Notes under the pieces: generated by a model
The model's input: only the letters and a program-made list of their open reading frames with translations
Database searches by the model: none
What the model was told of the DNA's origin: nothing
From: an uncultured Candidatus Rokubacteria bacterium
GTDB lineage: Bacteria; Methylomirabilota; Methylomirabilia; Rokubacteriales; CSP1-6
Assembly: GCA_963762145.1 (NCBI GenBank)
Contig: CAVXJS010000014.1
Coordinates: 160,001 to 224,000 of the forward strand
Length of the DNA stretch: 64,000 nt
Direction: 5' to 3'
Part shown: positions 44,658-56,086 of the stretch, one piece after another
Numbering within the stretch: the stretch's first letter is position 1
How the letters are laid out: the number at the start of each line of letters is the position of its first letter
Position numbers and translations under genes: made by a program

Positions 44658-45836
44658 ATGCGCGCGCTCGTGTGGCGGGGCGCCCGGGACGTGCGCGTGA
44701 CCAGCGCACCCGACCCGGAGATCGTCAATCCTCGCGATGCCATCGTGAAGGTGACGGCCACCGCGATCTGCGGCTCGGACCTGCACCTCTACAACGGCGT
44801 CATCCCGACCATGCAGTCCGGCGACGTGCTCGGCCACGAGTTCATGGGTGAGGTGGTCGAGGTCGGGCCCGGCGTGACGACCCTGAAGCCGGGCGACCGG
44901 GTGGTGGTGCCGTTCGCCATCGCCTGCGGGGGATGCTGGTATTGCCGGGAAGGGCTCACCTCGCTCTGCGACAACTCGAACCCCAACGCCTACATGGCGG
45001 AGGCCCTGTACGGCTTCTCCGGCTCCGGGCTCTTCGGATACTCACATCTCTACGGCGGCTATCCGGGCGGACAGGCCGAGTACGTGCGCGTCCCCTTCGC
45101 CGACGTCGGGCCGCTGCCCGTTCCGCCGTCCGTCTCCGACGAGCAGGTCCTGTTCCTGAGCGACATCCTGCCCACCGGGTACATGGCGGCGGAGAACTGC
45201 GGGATCCGTCCCGGCGACGTGGTGGCGGTGTGGGGGGCCGGGCCGGTCGGGCTCCTGGCGATGAAGAGCGCGCTCCTGCTCGGCGCCGAGCGCGTGATCG
45301 CGATCGATCGCTGGCCGGCCCGGCTCCGGCTCGCGGAGAGCGGCGCGAAGGCGGAGACCCTCGACTACGGGGAGATCGACGACGTGGTCGAGGAGCTCAA
45401 GCAGCGCACGGGCGGTCGCGGGCCGGACGCCTGCATCGACGCGGCGGGGATGGAGGCGCACGGGACGACGCTCGATGCGCTGTACGACCGGGCGAAGCAG
45501 GCGGTCCGGCTCGCCACGGATCGCTCCCACGCCCTCCGCCAGGCCATCCAGGCCTGCCGCAAGGGCGGGACCGTTTCCGTGCCCGGGGTGTACGGCGGCC
45601 TCCTCGACAAGTTTCCCCTCGGGGCGGCCTTCGCCAAGGGGCTGACGATGCGCATGGGGCAGACCCACGTGCACCGGTATCTCCGGCCGCTGCTCGGGCT
45701 CATCGAGGCGGGACGCCTCGACGCCACGTTCATCGTGAGCCACCGGTGGCCGCTGAGCCGGGCCGCGGAGGCGTACCGGATGTTCAACGACAAGAGCGAC
45801 GAGTGCACCAAGGTCGTGCTCGATCCCACCGCATGA
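44658..45836 (+). CDS. zinc-dependent alcohol/formaldehyde dehydrogenase family
   Basis: [34 protein letters not shown]. Confidence 0.92.
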   Translation: MRALVWRGARDVRVTSAPDPEIVNPRDAIVKVTATAICGSDLHLYNGVIPTMQSGDVLGHEFMGEVVEVGPGVTTLKPGDRVVVPFAIACGGCWYCREGLTSLCDNSNPNAYMAEALYGFSGSGLFGYSHLYGGYPGGQAEYVRVPFADVGPLPVPPSVSDEQVLFLSDILPTGYMAAENCGIRPGDVVAVWGAGPVGLLAMKSALLLGAERVIAIDRWPARLRLAESGAKAETLDYGEIDDVVEELKQRTGGRGPDACIDAAGMEAHGTTLDALYDRAKQAVRLATDRSHALRQAIQACRKGGTVSVPGVYGGLLDKFPLGAAFAKGLTMRMGQTHVHRYLRPLLGLIEAGRLDATFIVSHRWPLSRAAEAYRMFNDKSDECTKVVLDPTA

Positions 45837-46858
45837 GCGGAGACCGGCTCGTGCGACTCGGCGCGATCGTGGGCGTCGGCGTGGCGCTCGCGGCGGGCGC
45901 GGTGATTCGCCACCGCCGGCGCTGGGAGCTGACCGATCGCACCGTGCTGGTCACGGGCGGCTCGCGGGGGCTGGGGCTGCTGGTCGCGGAGGAGCTCCTG
46001 CGGGCCGGTGCGCGCGTGGCGATCTGCGCGCGGGATCCGGACACGCTCGATCGCGCCCGCGCGCAGCTCGCCCAGGTTGCCGCCGGCCGGGTGCTCGCGA
46101 TCCCGTGCGACGTGTCGGTGCGCGAGGACGTGGAGAGCATGGTCCGTCAAGTCACCGAGCAGCTCGGCCCGATCGACGCGGTCATCAACAACGCGGGCAC
46201 GATCCTCGTCGGGCCGGCCGACGTCATGGAGCTCGAGGATTTCGAGGAGGCGATGGACGTCAACTTCTGGGGTCCGCTGCACGCGATCCTGGCCGTGCTG
46301 CCCGGGATGCGGCAGCGGGGCGCCGGACGGATCGTCAACGTCGCCTCGATCGGCGGGAAGATCAGCGTGCCCCACCTCCTGCCGTACAGCGCGAGCAAGT
46401 TCGCGCTGGTGGGGCTCTCCGAGGGGCTGCGCGCGGAGCTCGCCATCGACGGCATCCAGGTCAGCACGATCTGCCCCGGCCTCATGCGGACCGGCAGCCC
46501 GCGGCATGCCCGGTTCAAGGGGCGCCATCGTGCCGAGTACGCCTGGTTCAGCATCAGCGACTCGCTGCCGCTCGTCTCGATGAGCGCGGAGCGAGCGGCC
46601 CGGCAGATCGTGGACGCCCTGCGGCACGGAACCGCGGAGCGGATCCTCTCGCTGCCGGCCCGGCTGGCGGTGGCGGTGCACGGGCTCTTCCCGGGCCTGA
46701 CCGCGGACGTGCTCGCCCTCGTGAACCGCGGGCTGCCCGGCAGCGAGGGCGAGCCGGCCGGTCGGCGCGTGAAGGGGGAAGCCAGCACCTCGGACGTCTC
46801 CCCGTCGTGGATCACCACGCTCAACGAGCAGGCCGCCCGTCGAGCCAATCAGGTGTGA
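45833..46858 (+). CDS. short-chain dehydrogenase/reductase
   Basis: [17 protein letters not shown]. Confidence 0.92.
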   Translation: MSGDRLVRLGAIVGVGVALAAGAVIRHRRRWELTDRTVLVTGGSRGLGLLVAEELLRAGARVAICARDPDTLDRARAQLAQVAAGRVLAIPCDVSVREDVESMVRQVTEQLGPIDAVINNAGTILVGPADVMELEDFEEAMDVNFWGPLHAILAVLPGMRQRGAGRIVNVASIGGKISVPHLLPYSASKFALVGLSEGLRAELAIDGIQVSTICPGLMRTGSPRHARFKGRHRAEYAWFSISDSLPLVSMSAERAARQIVDALRHGTAERILSLPARLAVAVHGLFPGLTADVLALVNRGLPGSEGEPAGRRVKGEASTSDVSPSWITTLNEQAARRANQV

Positions 46859-46865
46859 GCCGGCC

Positions 46866-48404
46866 CTAGCGGGCGATCTCCCCGACGACCCGCACCCGGG
46901 TGCGGAGGGAGTTGCCCGGCAGGTAGGCCAGCGGGAGGTCCTCCACCTCCACCACGTTGATGGTGGCCCGGTCGGCGCCGGCCGCCACCGCCTTGTCCTC
47001 CGCGGCGCGACGGGCGCGCGCGATGGCCTCGTCCCGGGTGAGGTCCTGGAAGATCTGGTCCACCTCGCCGCTGACCTGGGCGATCGCGGCCCCCACCGCG
47101 TTGGCCACCGCCTGATGCGGCACGTTCAGGACCTCGGAGACACCCGCCAGGCGCGGCGGCACCAGGAACGAGCCGCCGCCCACCGCGATCAGCGGCGCGT
47201 CGCCCGCGTCGGTCTTCATGCGGTCCACGCCTTCCTCGATCATCGCGCGGATGCGCGCGAGCGCCCCGTTCACCAGCGTGGCGGGCAGCGAGGCGACCCG
47301 CTTGCGGTCGCCCAGATCGATGAGCCCGGCGGCGACCGCGACGTCGGTGACGGTGAGGACGTCGCCGCCGAAGACGAGGGCCTGCTCGGTGAGGCGATAG
47401 CCCACGCTGGCCGGGCCGATCGTGAGCGCCGGCGCGCCCACCACCCGCGTCCCGCCGCCCAGGCCCAGCGACAGCAGGTCGGGCATGCGGAAGAGGGTGC
47501 GGACCCCGCCGATCTCGACCACGCTGTTGGCCTCGCGCGGGAAGCCGTGGCGCAGGCTGCCGATATCGGTGGTGGTCCCGCCCACGTCCACCACCAGCGC
47601 CTCGTCGCGCTTGGACAGGAACGCGGCGCCGCGCATCGAGTTGGTCGGCCCGGAGGCGAAGCTGTAGACCGGGTACTCCTCGGCGACCTCGGCCAGCATG
47701 ACCGTGCCGTCGTTCTGGGTCAGATAGAGGGGCGCCTTGATGCCGCTCGCGCGCAGGGCCTCCGTGAACGCGCGCGTGGTCTTGCGGGCCAGCTCGATGA
47801 GGCAGGCGTTGAGCAGCGCCGCGTTCTCGCGCTCGAGCAGGCCGATGCGGCCCAGCCGGTGCGACAGGGTGACCGCGACGTCCGGGCAGGCCTCGCGTAA
47901 GATCGCCGCCGCTTCTTCCTCACACGTTGCGTTGAGCGGGGAGAACACCGCGGCGATCGCGACCGAGCGGATGCCGGCCTCGCGGATGCGCCGGGCCGCC
48001 GCGCGCATGCCCCTGGCGTCGAACGGGACGAGGGGGCGGCCGTCGAACTCGTGGCCGCCTTCGAGCATGACGACCTCGGCGCGCACCAGCGCGGCCAGGT
48101 CCTCCGGCCAGTCCACGAAGGGCGGCAGCGAGGCGCCCGAGGGCAGGCCGACGCGCACCGCCGCGACCCGGCCCAGGTCACGCCGCTGCACCACCGCGTT
48201 GGTGAAGTGGGTGGTGCCGATCATCGCCGCGTGCGCCTCGCGGGCGCCGGGCGCCTGCTGCACCAGCGCGGCGAGGGCGCGGGTGATCCCGGTCGTCACG
48301 TCCGGCGTGGTGGGGGTCTTCACTCCCGCCGCCACCACGTCGTCTTCCAGCAGGACCGCGTCGGTGTTGGTCCCGCCCACGTCGATGCCGATGCGCCGTC
48401 TCAC
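46866..48404 (-). CDS. hydantoinase/oxoprolinase family protein
   Basis: IGIDVGGTNTD, GTTHFTNA, SGPTNS, DVGGTTTD, ANAVGAA. Confidence 0.9.
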   Translation of the reverse strand: MRRRIGIDVGGTNTDAVLLEDDVVAAGVKTPTTPDVTTGITRALAALVQQAPGAREAHAAMIGTTHFTNAVVQRRDLGRVAAVRVGLPSGASLPPFVDWPEDLAALVRAEVVMLEGGHEFDGRPLVPFDARGMRAAARRIREAGIRSVAIAAVFSPLNATCEEEAAAILREACPDVAVTLSHRLGRIGLLERENAALLNACLIELARKTTRAFTEALRASGIKAPLYLTQNDGTVMLAEVAEEYPVYSFASGPTNSMRGAAFLSKRDEALVVDVGGTTTDIGSLRHGFPREANSVVEIGGVRTLFRMPDLLSLGLGGGTRVVGAPALTIGPASVGYRLTEQALVFGGDVLTVTDVAVAAGLIDLGDRKRVASLPATLVNGALARIRAMIEEGVDRMKTDAGDAPLIAVGGGSFLVPPRLAGVSEVLNVPHQAVANAVGAAIAQVSGEVDQIFQDLTRDEAIARARRAAEDKAVAAGADRATINVVEVEDLPLAYLPGNSLRTRVRVVGEIAR

Positions 48405-49474
48405 GCGAACACCGAGCGGAAGTCGAGGTCGTAGCCGAAGGCGCGGGGGCCGACGTGCTCGATGCCCTTGGGGGTGAGCAGGATCGGCGGCGCGGGGAGG
48501 GCGATGACGGTCACGCGCTGGCCGTAGCGCAGCAGCTCGGTGCCGATCGCGTCGCCGGCGACCGTGTCGAGCACGCAGATGAGGTCGGGGGTCATGACCC
48601 GTGGCACGTCGTCGAGCCAGCCCACCGCGAACTCGTTCTGGAAGGCGAGCTTGAAGGTGTGCCCGCGGAATTGATCGAGGCCCTCGATGGTGGCGGTGCC
48701 GCGCAGGAAGCCCTCGGTGGTGCGGCGCGCGATGTCGTGGATCTTGCCGCTGAAGATCTTGAGGCCGCCCTCCGCCTCCAGCACCGCGTCGATCGGATCG
48801 CGGTGGGCCCGGCGCGCGGCCTGGACCGCCCGGCCGATGCCGATGGCCTTGGTGGTGGAGCCCAGGATCGCGCACTCCTTGATCTCCTTGCCGGTGCGCG
48901 GGGCCTTGCAGGTGGAGGCGATCGAGCCGACCTCGACGCAGGCCTTGCGGCTGATGCGCTCCATCCACTTCCAGGAAGCCGCGCGCGCCACCACCACCGC
49001 GTTGTCGCGCACGTCGGCGAGGGTGAGCGGGTACATCTTGAGGTCGTGGATGGCGAAGCTGGTCATCTGGGCTTCGGGGAACGCGCGCCCCATGCAATCG
49101 CCGTCGATCACCGGGAGATCCAGCATCGCCGCGGCCATGAACGGCTGGATCGAGTTGCCGCCGCCGATCTCGAGCGACATGAGGGCGCGGAACTTCCGCC
49201 CGAGGTACTCCTCCATCATGGTGACGGCGAGCGCCATCGTCTTGGGGTCGGTGAGCCGCTCCTGGCCGACCAGCGGCGCGCCCATGTTGGAGACCACCGC
49301 GACCAGGTCGTCGTCGGCCAGCTCGGACGCGTCCATGAGCCGGCAGACTATTCCCTGCCGGTAGAGCTGGCGCATGTTGAGCAGCGCCAGGTAGGGGCTG
49401 CCGCCGCCGCCGGTGCCCAGGATCCAGGCGCCGATGGCGAGACTCTCGATCTCCTCTGCGGACACCGGTCGCAT
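48401..49474 (-). CDS. DUF917 family protein
   Basis: LGTGGGG, MGAP, EIGGGN, DGDCMGRAFPE, FQNE, PDLI, LRYG. Confidence 0.9.
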   Translation of the reverse strand: MRPVSAEEIESLAIGAWILGTGGGGSPYLALLNMRQLYRQGIVCRLMDASELADDDLVAVVSNMGAPLVGQERLTDPKTMALAVTMMEEYLGRKFRALMSLEIGGGNSIQPFMAAAMLDLPVIDGDCMGRAFPEAQMTSFAIHDLKMYPLTLADVRDNAVVVARAASWKWMERISRKACVEVGSIASTCKAPRTGKEIKECAILGSTTKAIGIGRAVQAARRAHRDPIDAVLEAEGGLKIFSGKIHDIARRTTEGFLRGTATIEGLDQFRGHTFKLAFQNEFAVGWLDDVPRVMTPDLICVLDTVAGDAIGTELLRYGQRVTVIALPAPPILLTPKGIEHVGPRAFGYDLDFRSVFA

Positions 49475-49487
49475 CAGGTCTCTCTCA

Positions 49488-50261
49488 TCAGAAGCCGGTG
49501 AACTCCTCGAGCCCCATGAAGCGCGCGATGCCCAGGACGAGCACCAGGGCCACCCCGATGGCGAAGGCGGACACCGCGGCCGCGGTGGGGTCGAAGGAGT
49601 ACTTGAGATAGGCGAAGAGCTCGATGGGGAGCGGGGTCAGCTTCGCGCTGGTGAGGAAGAGCGACAGGGTGAAGTTGTCGAAGGAGATCGCGAAGGCGAA
49701 GATCGCGCCCGCCACCACCCCCGGCTTGATCACCCCCAGAGTGATCTCGAAGAACGCGCGCACCGGGTGGGCGCCGAGGCTCTGGGCCGCCTCCTCGAGC
49801 GCCATGTCGAAGTGGGTGAGGGTGGCGGTGACGGTGCGGATGACGTAGGGCGTGGTCACCACGATGTGGCCGATGAGCAGCGCCGAGTAGGAAGCGTGCA
49901 TCTTCAGCAGCGTGTAGAACTGGAGCAGCGCGACTCCGGTGAGGATCTGCGGCAGCAGCAGCGGCGAGGTCACGAAGGCGTTCAGCATGTCGCGGCCGCG
50001 GAAGCGCCCGCGCACCAGGACGATGGCGGCCGCGGTCCCGATGACGGTGGACGCGAGCGCGGTCCAGATCGCGAGCTCGGTGGAGAGCCAGAGGGCCTGC
50101 ATGAACTCGCGCCGCTGGAAGAAGTTGGCGAACCACTTGAGCGAGAAGCCCTGCGGGGGAAACGTGAAGTAGTTGCCCGCGTTGAACGCGGCCAGCACCA
50201 CCACCACCATCGGCAGCAGCAGGAACGCGTAGACCAGCCCCACGACCGAGCGGAGGATCAT
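49488..50261 (-). CDS. ABC transporter permease (PotC-like)
   Basis: LEEAAQSLGA EAA loop, SFDNF. Confidence 0.9.
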   Translation of the reverse strand: MILRSVVGLVYAFLLLPMVVVVLAAFNAGNYFTFPPQGFSLKWFANFFQRREFMQALWLSTELAIWTALASTVIGTAAAIVLVRGRFRGRDMLNAFVTSPLLLPQILTGVALLQFYTLLKMHASYSALLIGHIVVTTPYVIRTVTATLTHFDMALEEAAQSLGAHPVRAFFEITLGVIKPGVVAGAIFAFAISFDNFTLSLFLTSAKLTPLPIELFAYLKYSFDPTAAAVSAFAIGVALVLVLGIARFMGLEEFTGF

Positions 50262-51104
50262 ACGATGCCGCGGAGCGCGCGCTCGGTCACCTTGATGTAG
50301 ACCGCGATCAGGGCCACCGAGATCACGAGCAGCACGAAGGCGTTGGCGGCCCCGAACGGCCAGTCGAACACCGAGAGCACCTGCTCGTAGACCACCATCG
50401 GCAGCACGTGCACCTTGAACCCGCCGAGCAGGATCGGCACCACGAACGAGCTGATCGCGAGCGAGAAGACGAGCAGCGAGCCCGCGAGGATGCCGGGCAG
50501 CGACAGCGGCAGGGTGACCTCGAAGAAGGCCCGGCGCGGCGAGGCGCCCAGGGTCTGCGAGGCCTCGATCAGCTGGGGCTCGATGCGCTTCAGCACGCCG
50601 GTGAGCGACAGCACCATGAACGGCAGGAACACGTGCACGAGCGCCAGGGTCACGCCGAACTTGTTGTACATGAGCGGCAGCGGCTTGGTGATCCAGCCGT
50701 GCTGGGTGAGGGTGGCGTTGATGAGGCCGCGGTCGGCGAGCAGGATCATCCAGCCGTAGCAGCGGATGACGATGCCGACGAGCAGGGGCGACAGGATGAA
50801 CACGATCAGCAGCGGCTTCCAGCGCGAGCGGGTCAGGGCCAGGTGATAGGCGAGCGGGATAGCCCATCAGCAGGGAGACCACGGTGGTGAGCACGCCCGA
50901 GCCACAGGGTGTCCGCGAGCACGCCAGGTAGTACGTGTCGGTGAAGAAGCGGACGTAGTGGTGCGGGGTGAACGTCCACTCGAACTGGCCGAACGACTGG
51001 CGCGAGAAGCTGATCGCGAGCATCAGCACGAGCGGGGCCGCGAAGAACACGGCGAGCAGCAGGACGTAGGGCCCCAGCAGCAGGACGCGGGCGCCGCGGG
51101 TCAC
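50258..51104 (-). CDS. ABC transporter permease (PotB-like), frameshifted 50820-50930
   Basis: [25 protein letters not shown]. Confidence 0.85.
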
Positions 51105-51107
51105 GGG

Positions 51108-51786
51108 TCAGCGGCCGAGCAGCTCCGCGGCGACGCGGGCCACGAGCAGATTGGCCACCAGCGTCGGCGCGCCGGTCAGCGCGGCGATCTCGTCGCGCGT
51201 CTTGCGGCGGAAGCCGATGCAGTCCATGACCACGAGGCCCGCGTGGCCGGCGCGCAGCGCGTCGGCGGCGCGGCGCACCGCGGCGGGATCGTTCTCCTCG
51301 TAGGGGGAGAGCGGAGCGACGTGGGCGTCGAATCCCGAGGCGCGCCAGCGCGCGGTGGTCTGCGGCACGTGGCGCTCGGACGGGGTGAGCACGCCCAGGC
51401 GCCCGGGGAAGACCATGGCGCGGAGGAGGCCGAGCAGGAGCTGCTGCGGCTCGAGGAACGGCCGGCGCGCCCGGAGCTTCGGGAACTCGCCGGTGCAGAG
51501 GAGCACGTTCAGCGCGGCCCCGCGATCCTCCAGCGCGGCGATCTTCGCCTCGATGCGCGGGATCATCTTGGTCTTGCCGACGAAGACCGACGAGCCGTCG
51601 CCGAGCCGGGTGACGATGATCTCGTCGTCGCCCTCGGGCGCGAGCGGCGCCATCTGCTCGCGGCGTGAGCCCGTCGAGCGCGCCCGCCTCGACGATCTCG
51701 ACGTCGCCGCCGAGGATCGCCGCCATGTCCGGCACCACGTCGCTGCGCGGCGACTGCCCCACCGTGATCAACCCGACCTTGGTCAT
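51108..51786 (-). CDS. AroM family protein (frameshift near 51665)
   Basis: [35 protein letters not shown]. Confidence 0.85.
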
Positions 51787-52905
51787 GTCCGCTCCTCCTT
51801 GCCGAATGCGTCCTGCCCGATGGTTTCCGGCCCGATGGTGTCGTGGATGATGCGGGCGTCGGCGGCCGCCCAGCCGGCGCGCACGCGGGCGCCGGCCTTG
51901 AAGCGCACCTCGCCCAGCTCGACGGCCTGCAGCTCGAGCCCCGCGTCGCTCTTCAGGATGTAGCGCACGGTCTCGCCCTGGTAGACCACGTGCGCCACCG
52001 TCATCGGGAGCACGGTGTCCAGCGCGCCCGGCGGGGTCGAGCGGATGCGCTCCGGGCCGCAGCGCGACCGCCACGGTCGCGCCGGCCGGCGCCGGCGCCG
52101 GTGGCCGCGAGCGTGGCGCCGCGCGCAGTCGACGACGCCCGCGGCCACGGCGCGGCCGGACAGCAGGTTGATGTTGCCGATGAAGCTGGCGACGAACGCG
52201 GTGCGCGGGCGTCTCGTAGAGCTCGCGCGGCGGCGCCACCTGCTCGACGCGCCCGCGGTGCATCACCGCGATGCGGTCGGACATGGTGAGCGCCTCTTCC
52301 TGGTCGTGCGTCACGTAGATCGTCGTGATGCCGACCTCGCGCTGCAGCCGCTTCAGCTCGATCTTCATGTGGTCGCGCAGCTTCTTGTCGAGCGCGCCGA
52401 GCGGCTCGTCGAGCAGGAGCACGGCCGGCCGGGTGACGAGCGCGCGCGCGAGCGCGACCCGCTGCTGCTCGCCGCCGGAAAGCTGGCGCGGATAGCGCTC
52501 GCCGTGGCCGGGGAGCTGCACGAGCGCGAGCGCCTCGGCGACGCGCCGCCCGATCTCCGCCCGCTCCACGCGCTGCATGCGGAGGCCGAACGCCACGTTC
52601 TGCGCGACGGTGCGGTGCGGGAACAGCGCGTAGTGCTGGAACACCATGCCGACGCGGCGCAGGTGCGGCGGCACGCCCGTGACGTCGGCTCCGTTGATCG
52701 CGACCACGCCGGCGTCCGGCGTGACGAAGCCGGCCACCGAGCGTAGCGTCGTCGTCTTGCCGCAGCCGGAGGGGCCGAGCAGCGTGAAGAACTCGCCCGG
52801 CACCATGGCCGAGCGAGACGCCGTCGAGCGCCAGAGTCGTCCCGTAGCGCTTGACGAGGCCGGTCAGCGTGACGGTGCCGCTGCGCCGGGCGCGGCCTCG
52901 GTCAA
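51783..52905 (-). CDS. ABC transporter ATP-binding protein (PotA-like), several frameshifts
   Basis: [31 protein letters not shown]; start approximate. Confidence 0.85.
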
Positions 52906-53932
52906 CGCATCTCCCGGTTCCACTTCTCGGTCCACAGCGGCCGCTGCTTGGCCACCTGCGCCCAGTCGAACACCACGAGCTTCTCCACGTCGGCCGGCCC
53001 GCTGATGATCTTCCTCGCCACGTCCGGCGGGCAGCTTCACCGTCCGGTTGGTCGGGCTCCAGAAGAGCTCGGTCGCGAAGGCGAGCTGCACCTCGGGCGA
53101 GATGTAGGCGTCGATGAACTTCCACGCGAGGTCCTCGGTTCTTCGAGCCGCGCGTGACCTGCACGATCTGGTCGAGGATGCGGCTGGCCCTCGACGGGGG
53201 CCACCCAGTCCACCGGGATCCCGCGCTTCTGGAGATCGTAGGTCCCCGCGTCGTGGAGCACGGCGATCACGACCTCCTTCTGCTCGAGCTGCTTCTCCAT
53301 CGTGCCGGAGAAGTCGACCAGCTTCGGCCGGGCGCGCTTGATGGCGGCGACGCCCGCGTCGACGTCGAAGTAGTCCTTGCCGTAGAGCTTCGAGATCATG
53401 AAGAGGAAGTTGATGCCGAGCGTGTTGCCGATGACGTAGGTGGCGCGCTTGCCCGCGTACGCCTCGTCCCAGAAGTCCTTCCACGAGGTCGGCTTCTTGA
53501 CCCCGGAGTCGGTGCGGTACGCGAGCCCGATGCGCCCCCAGAACATGGCGAGGCTCGTGTCGCCGATCAGCGCCTTCGGGTAGAGGTTCTTGATGTTGGG
53601 CGCCAGCGCGTCGTTGCGCTTGTCGAAGAAGCCGCGCTCGCGCGGGATCGGGAAGGCGGGCTCGTTGCCGAAGAGCACGTCGTACGGCGGGTTGTCGGGG
53701 CCGGCGGCGAGGAGCTTCGCCACCCACTCGGTCTGATACCGGTGACGACCTCGACCTTCACGCCGTGCTTCTTCTCGAAGGGCTCGACGAGCGCCTTCTT
53801 CATCACCTCCGACCAGCGGCCTCCGTAGCCGGTGACGACGAGCGTGGGCTGCTGGGCCTGGACGGGGAGAATCGGGAGGAGGAGCGTGCCGGCCAGGATG
53901 GCGATCAGGACCACGGTCAGGCGACTTCTCAT
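52902..53932 (-). CDS. extracellular solute-binding protein (PotD/thiamine-like), frameshifted
   Basis: signal peptide, GYGG, PFEKKHGVKV, PTSWKDFWD, SPEVQ. Confidence 0.85.
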
Positions 53933-54033
53933 GAGCAGGCCTCCACTGAGGACGCGATGGGGAAACGGGCAGGGCGAGTCATCGATGTGGCCTCTGCTTT
54001 TCTCACGAACCCCACCGATGTTCAAGGAGGAAG

Positions 54034-54468
54034 CTAGAGCGTCTTCAGGACCTCCGCGGGCCAGGCGCGGGCATCCACGCGGGCGTGCCACTCCTTGATC
54101 TTGCCGTCCCGGTCGATCACCACGCCGACGCGTGCCGCGCCCTTCTGCGGGTCCGCGTTGGCGCCGTAGGCGGTGCCGATGGTGCGGTCGGTGTCGCAGA
54201 TCAGCGGGAAGTTGAAGGAGAACTTCTCGGCGAACTGCTTGTTCTCGGCGGGGGTATCGAACGACACCCCGAGGATCACCGCGTTCTTGCTGTCGTACTC
54301 GGCCTTCAGGTCGCGGAACCCGCAACCTTCGGCGGTTCAGCCCGGGGTGTCGGCCTTCGGGTAGAACCAGAGCACGACCGTCTTGCCCTTGAAGTCCGCG
54401 AGCTTCACGGGGTTGCCGTTGTGATCGCGGCCGGTGAAGTCCGGCGCCTTGTCTCCCGGGTTGAGCAT
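54034..54468 (-). CDS. bcp: peroxiredoxin BCP/PrxQ, selenoprotein (peroxidatic Sec, resolving Cys)
   Basis: FYPKADTPG-TGA(54337-54339)-TAEGCGFRD in frame; AAGGAG SD. Confidence 0.92.
54309..54327 (-). promoter_or_regulatory. bacterial SECIS-like hairpin
   Basis: GGTTGCGG-GTT-CCGCGACC starting +10 after UGA. Confidence 0.78.
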
Positions 54469-54496
54469 GGAGGTCTCCTTGGTGGCCGCCGGCGAG

Positions 54497-54889
54497 CTAG
54501 GCGCAGCCGGCGCGAGGTGTCCCCGGCGCCCGTCGAGGCACGAGGGTGCAGGCGAAGGTGGCCGGCTGCTTGCGGTGCTGCTCGAGCAGGGCCGCGAGCC
54601 GGGCCAGGGTGCGATCCCGCTTCGCGAGGCCGATGCCGTAGATGGCCAGGTCGTTCACGAGCCGGAGATAGAACACGTGCTGGGCGTCCCCACCGGCGCC
54701 CATGCAGGGCGTGGGCTTCTCGGCCAGCCGGAGCAGGGGGCCGAAGGCCTTCGTGTACTCGTGGAGGGTGGGCTCGTCGCGCAGGTCGCGGGGCACCTCG
54801 GGGAACCGGGCCAGCAGCTCGTCCACCGACATCGGCGCCGCGGTGAAGCATCCCCGCTGTTCGAGATCTTGCCTGCGGCGGATCTGCAT
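54497..54889 (-). CDS. hypothetical protein
   Basis: TATACT -10 and GGAGG SD upstream of ATG54889; alternative start at 54832. Confidence 0.65.
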   Translation of the reverse strand: MQIRRRQDLEQRGCFTAAPMSVDELLARFPEVPRDLRDEPTLHEYTKAFGPLLRLAEKPTPCMGAGGDAQHVFYLRLVNDLAIYGIGLAKRDRTLARLAALLEQHRKQPATFACTLVPRRAPGTPRAGCA

Positions 54890-55038
54890 GGTGTGGGCCC
54901 TCCGCCCAGAGTATAGCCGGTTGGTGATGTCGACGCTCGCGGAGACGGAAGCGCCGGACATTGCGCTCGGGCCGAGCCTGGCGGAGAATCGCCGCCGTGT
55001 TCCCGCGCACGGTGACCACGGACGAGGGCATCCGGTAG

Positions 55039-56073
55039 ATGGCGACGTCGGCGCCCCGGGTGCAGACGGTGCTGGGCCCCATCGCGCCCGCCGACCTGGG
55101 GCCGACGCTGATGCACGAGCACCTGCTGTGCGACATCCGCCATCCCGAGCAGCGGAAGCCAGACGACCTTGGTCCGGAGCTGGCGCTCGACAACGTGTGG
55201 GCCATCAACTACGGCACCGTGAAGGGCGCGGCGCGGAATTACCTGCTGGACGCGCGCGACGTGGCCACCGACGAGGTGCGCCGCATGGTGGCCGCGGGCG
55301 GACGGGCCATCGTGGACCTCTCCTCGGGCGGCCTCAGCCCCGATCCGCTCGGCCTGGTCGAGATCGCCCGGGCGACCGGCGCGCACGTGATCTTGGGCTG
55401 CGGCCACTACGTGCACGACTACCAGGATCCGTCCAACGCCACGCGCACCGTCGAGGACCTGGCCGAGGAGATCGTGGAGTCGGTGGAGGACGGCGTGTGG
55501 GGTACCGACGTGCGCGCCGGCATCATCGGCGAGATCGGCTGCAGCGCGCCGTGGACGGCGCTCGAGCAGCGGGTCATGCTGGCCGCGGTGCTGGCCCAGC
55601 GGCAGACCGGCGCCGCCATCAACGTGCACCCGGGGCGGCATCCCGACCAGCCGCAGGAGGCGGCCGACTTCATCCGCGTCAAGGGCGGCCGGATGGAGCG
55701 GGTCATCATCAGCCACATCGACCGCACCGTCTTCGACGCGGACCGGCTCGGGCGCCTGGCCGACGCGGGCTGCGTGCTCGAGTGGGACCTCTTCGGGCAG
55801 GAGGCGTCCTACTACCGGCTGGCCGACATCGACATGCCGAACGACGCGATTCGCCTGCGCGCGATCCGGGGCCTGATCGACCGCGGGCACCTGGACCAGG
55901 TCCTGATCTCGCACGACATCTGCTACCGCTCGCGCCTGGTCCGCTGGGGCGGCCACGGCTACGGGCACATCTTCGCCAACGTGGTGCCGCTGATGCGCCG
56001 GCGCGGCTTCTCGGAGCGCGAGATCCAGGCGATCCTGGTGGACAACCCCCGGCGCCTGCTCACGATCGCCTGA
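55039..56073 (+). CDS. phosphotriesterase-family amidohydrolase
   Basis: TVLGPI, MHEHL, GIIGEIG, SHIDR, ISHDIC. Confidence 0.92.
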   Translation: MATSAPRVQTVLGPIAPADLGPTLMHEHLLCDIRHPEQRKPDDLGPELALDNVWAINYGTVKGAARNYLLDARDVATDEVRRMVAAGGRAIVDLSSGGLSPDPLGLVEIARATGAHVILGCGHYVHDYQDPSNATRTVEDLAEEIVESVEDGVWGTDVRAGIIGEIGCSAPWTALEQRVMLAAVLAQRQTGAAINVHPGRHPDQPQEAADFIRVKGGRMERVIISHIDRTVFDADRLGRLADAGCVLEWDLFGQEASYYRLADIDMPNDAIRLRAIRGLIDRGHLDQVLISHDICYRSRLVRWGGHGYGHIFANVVPLMRRRGFSEREIQAILVDNPRRLLTIA

Positions 56074-56086
56074 ACGGAGGGACTCC

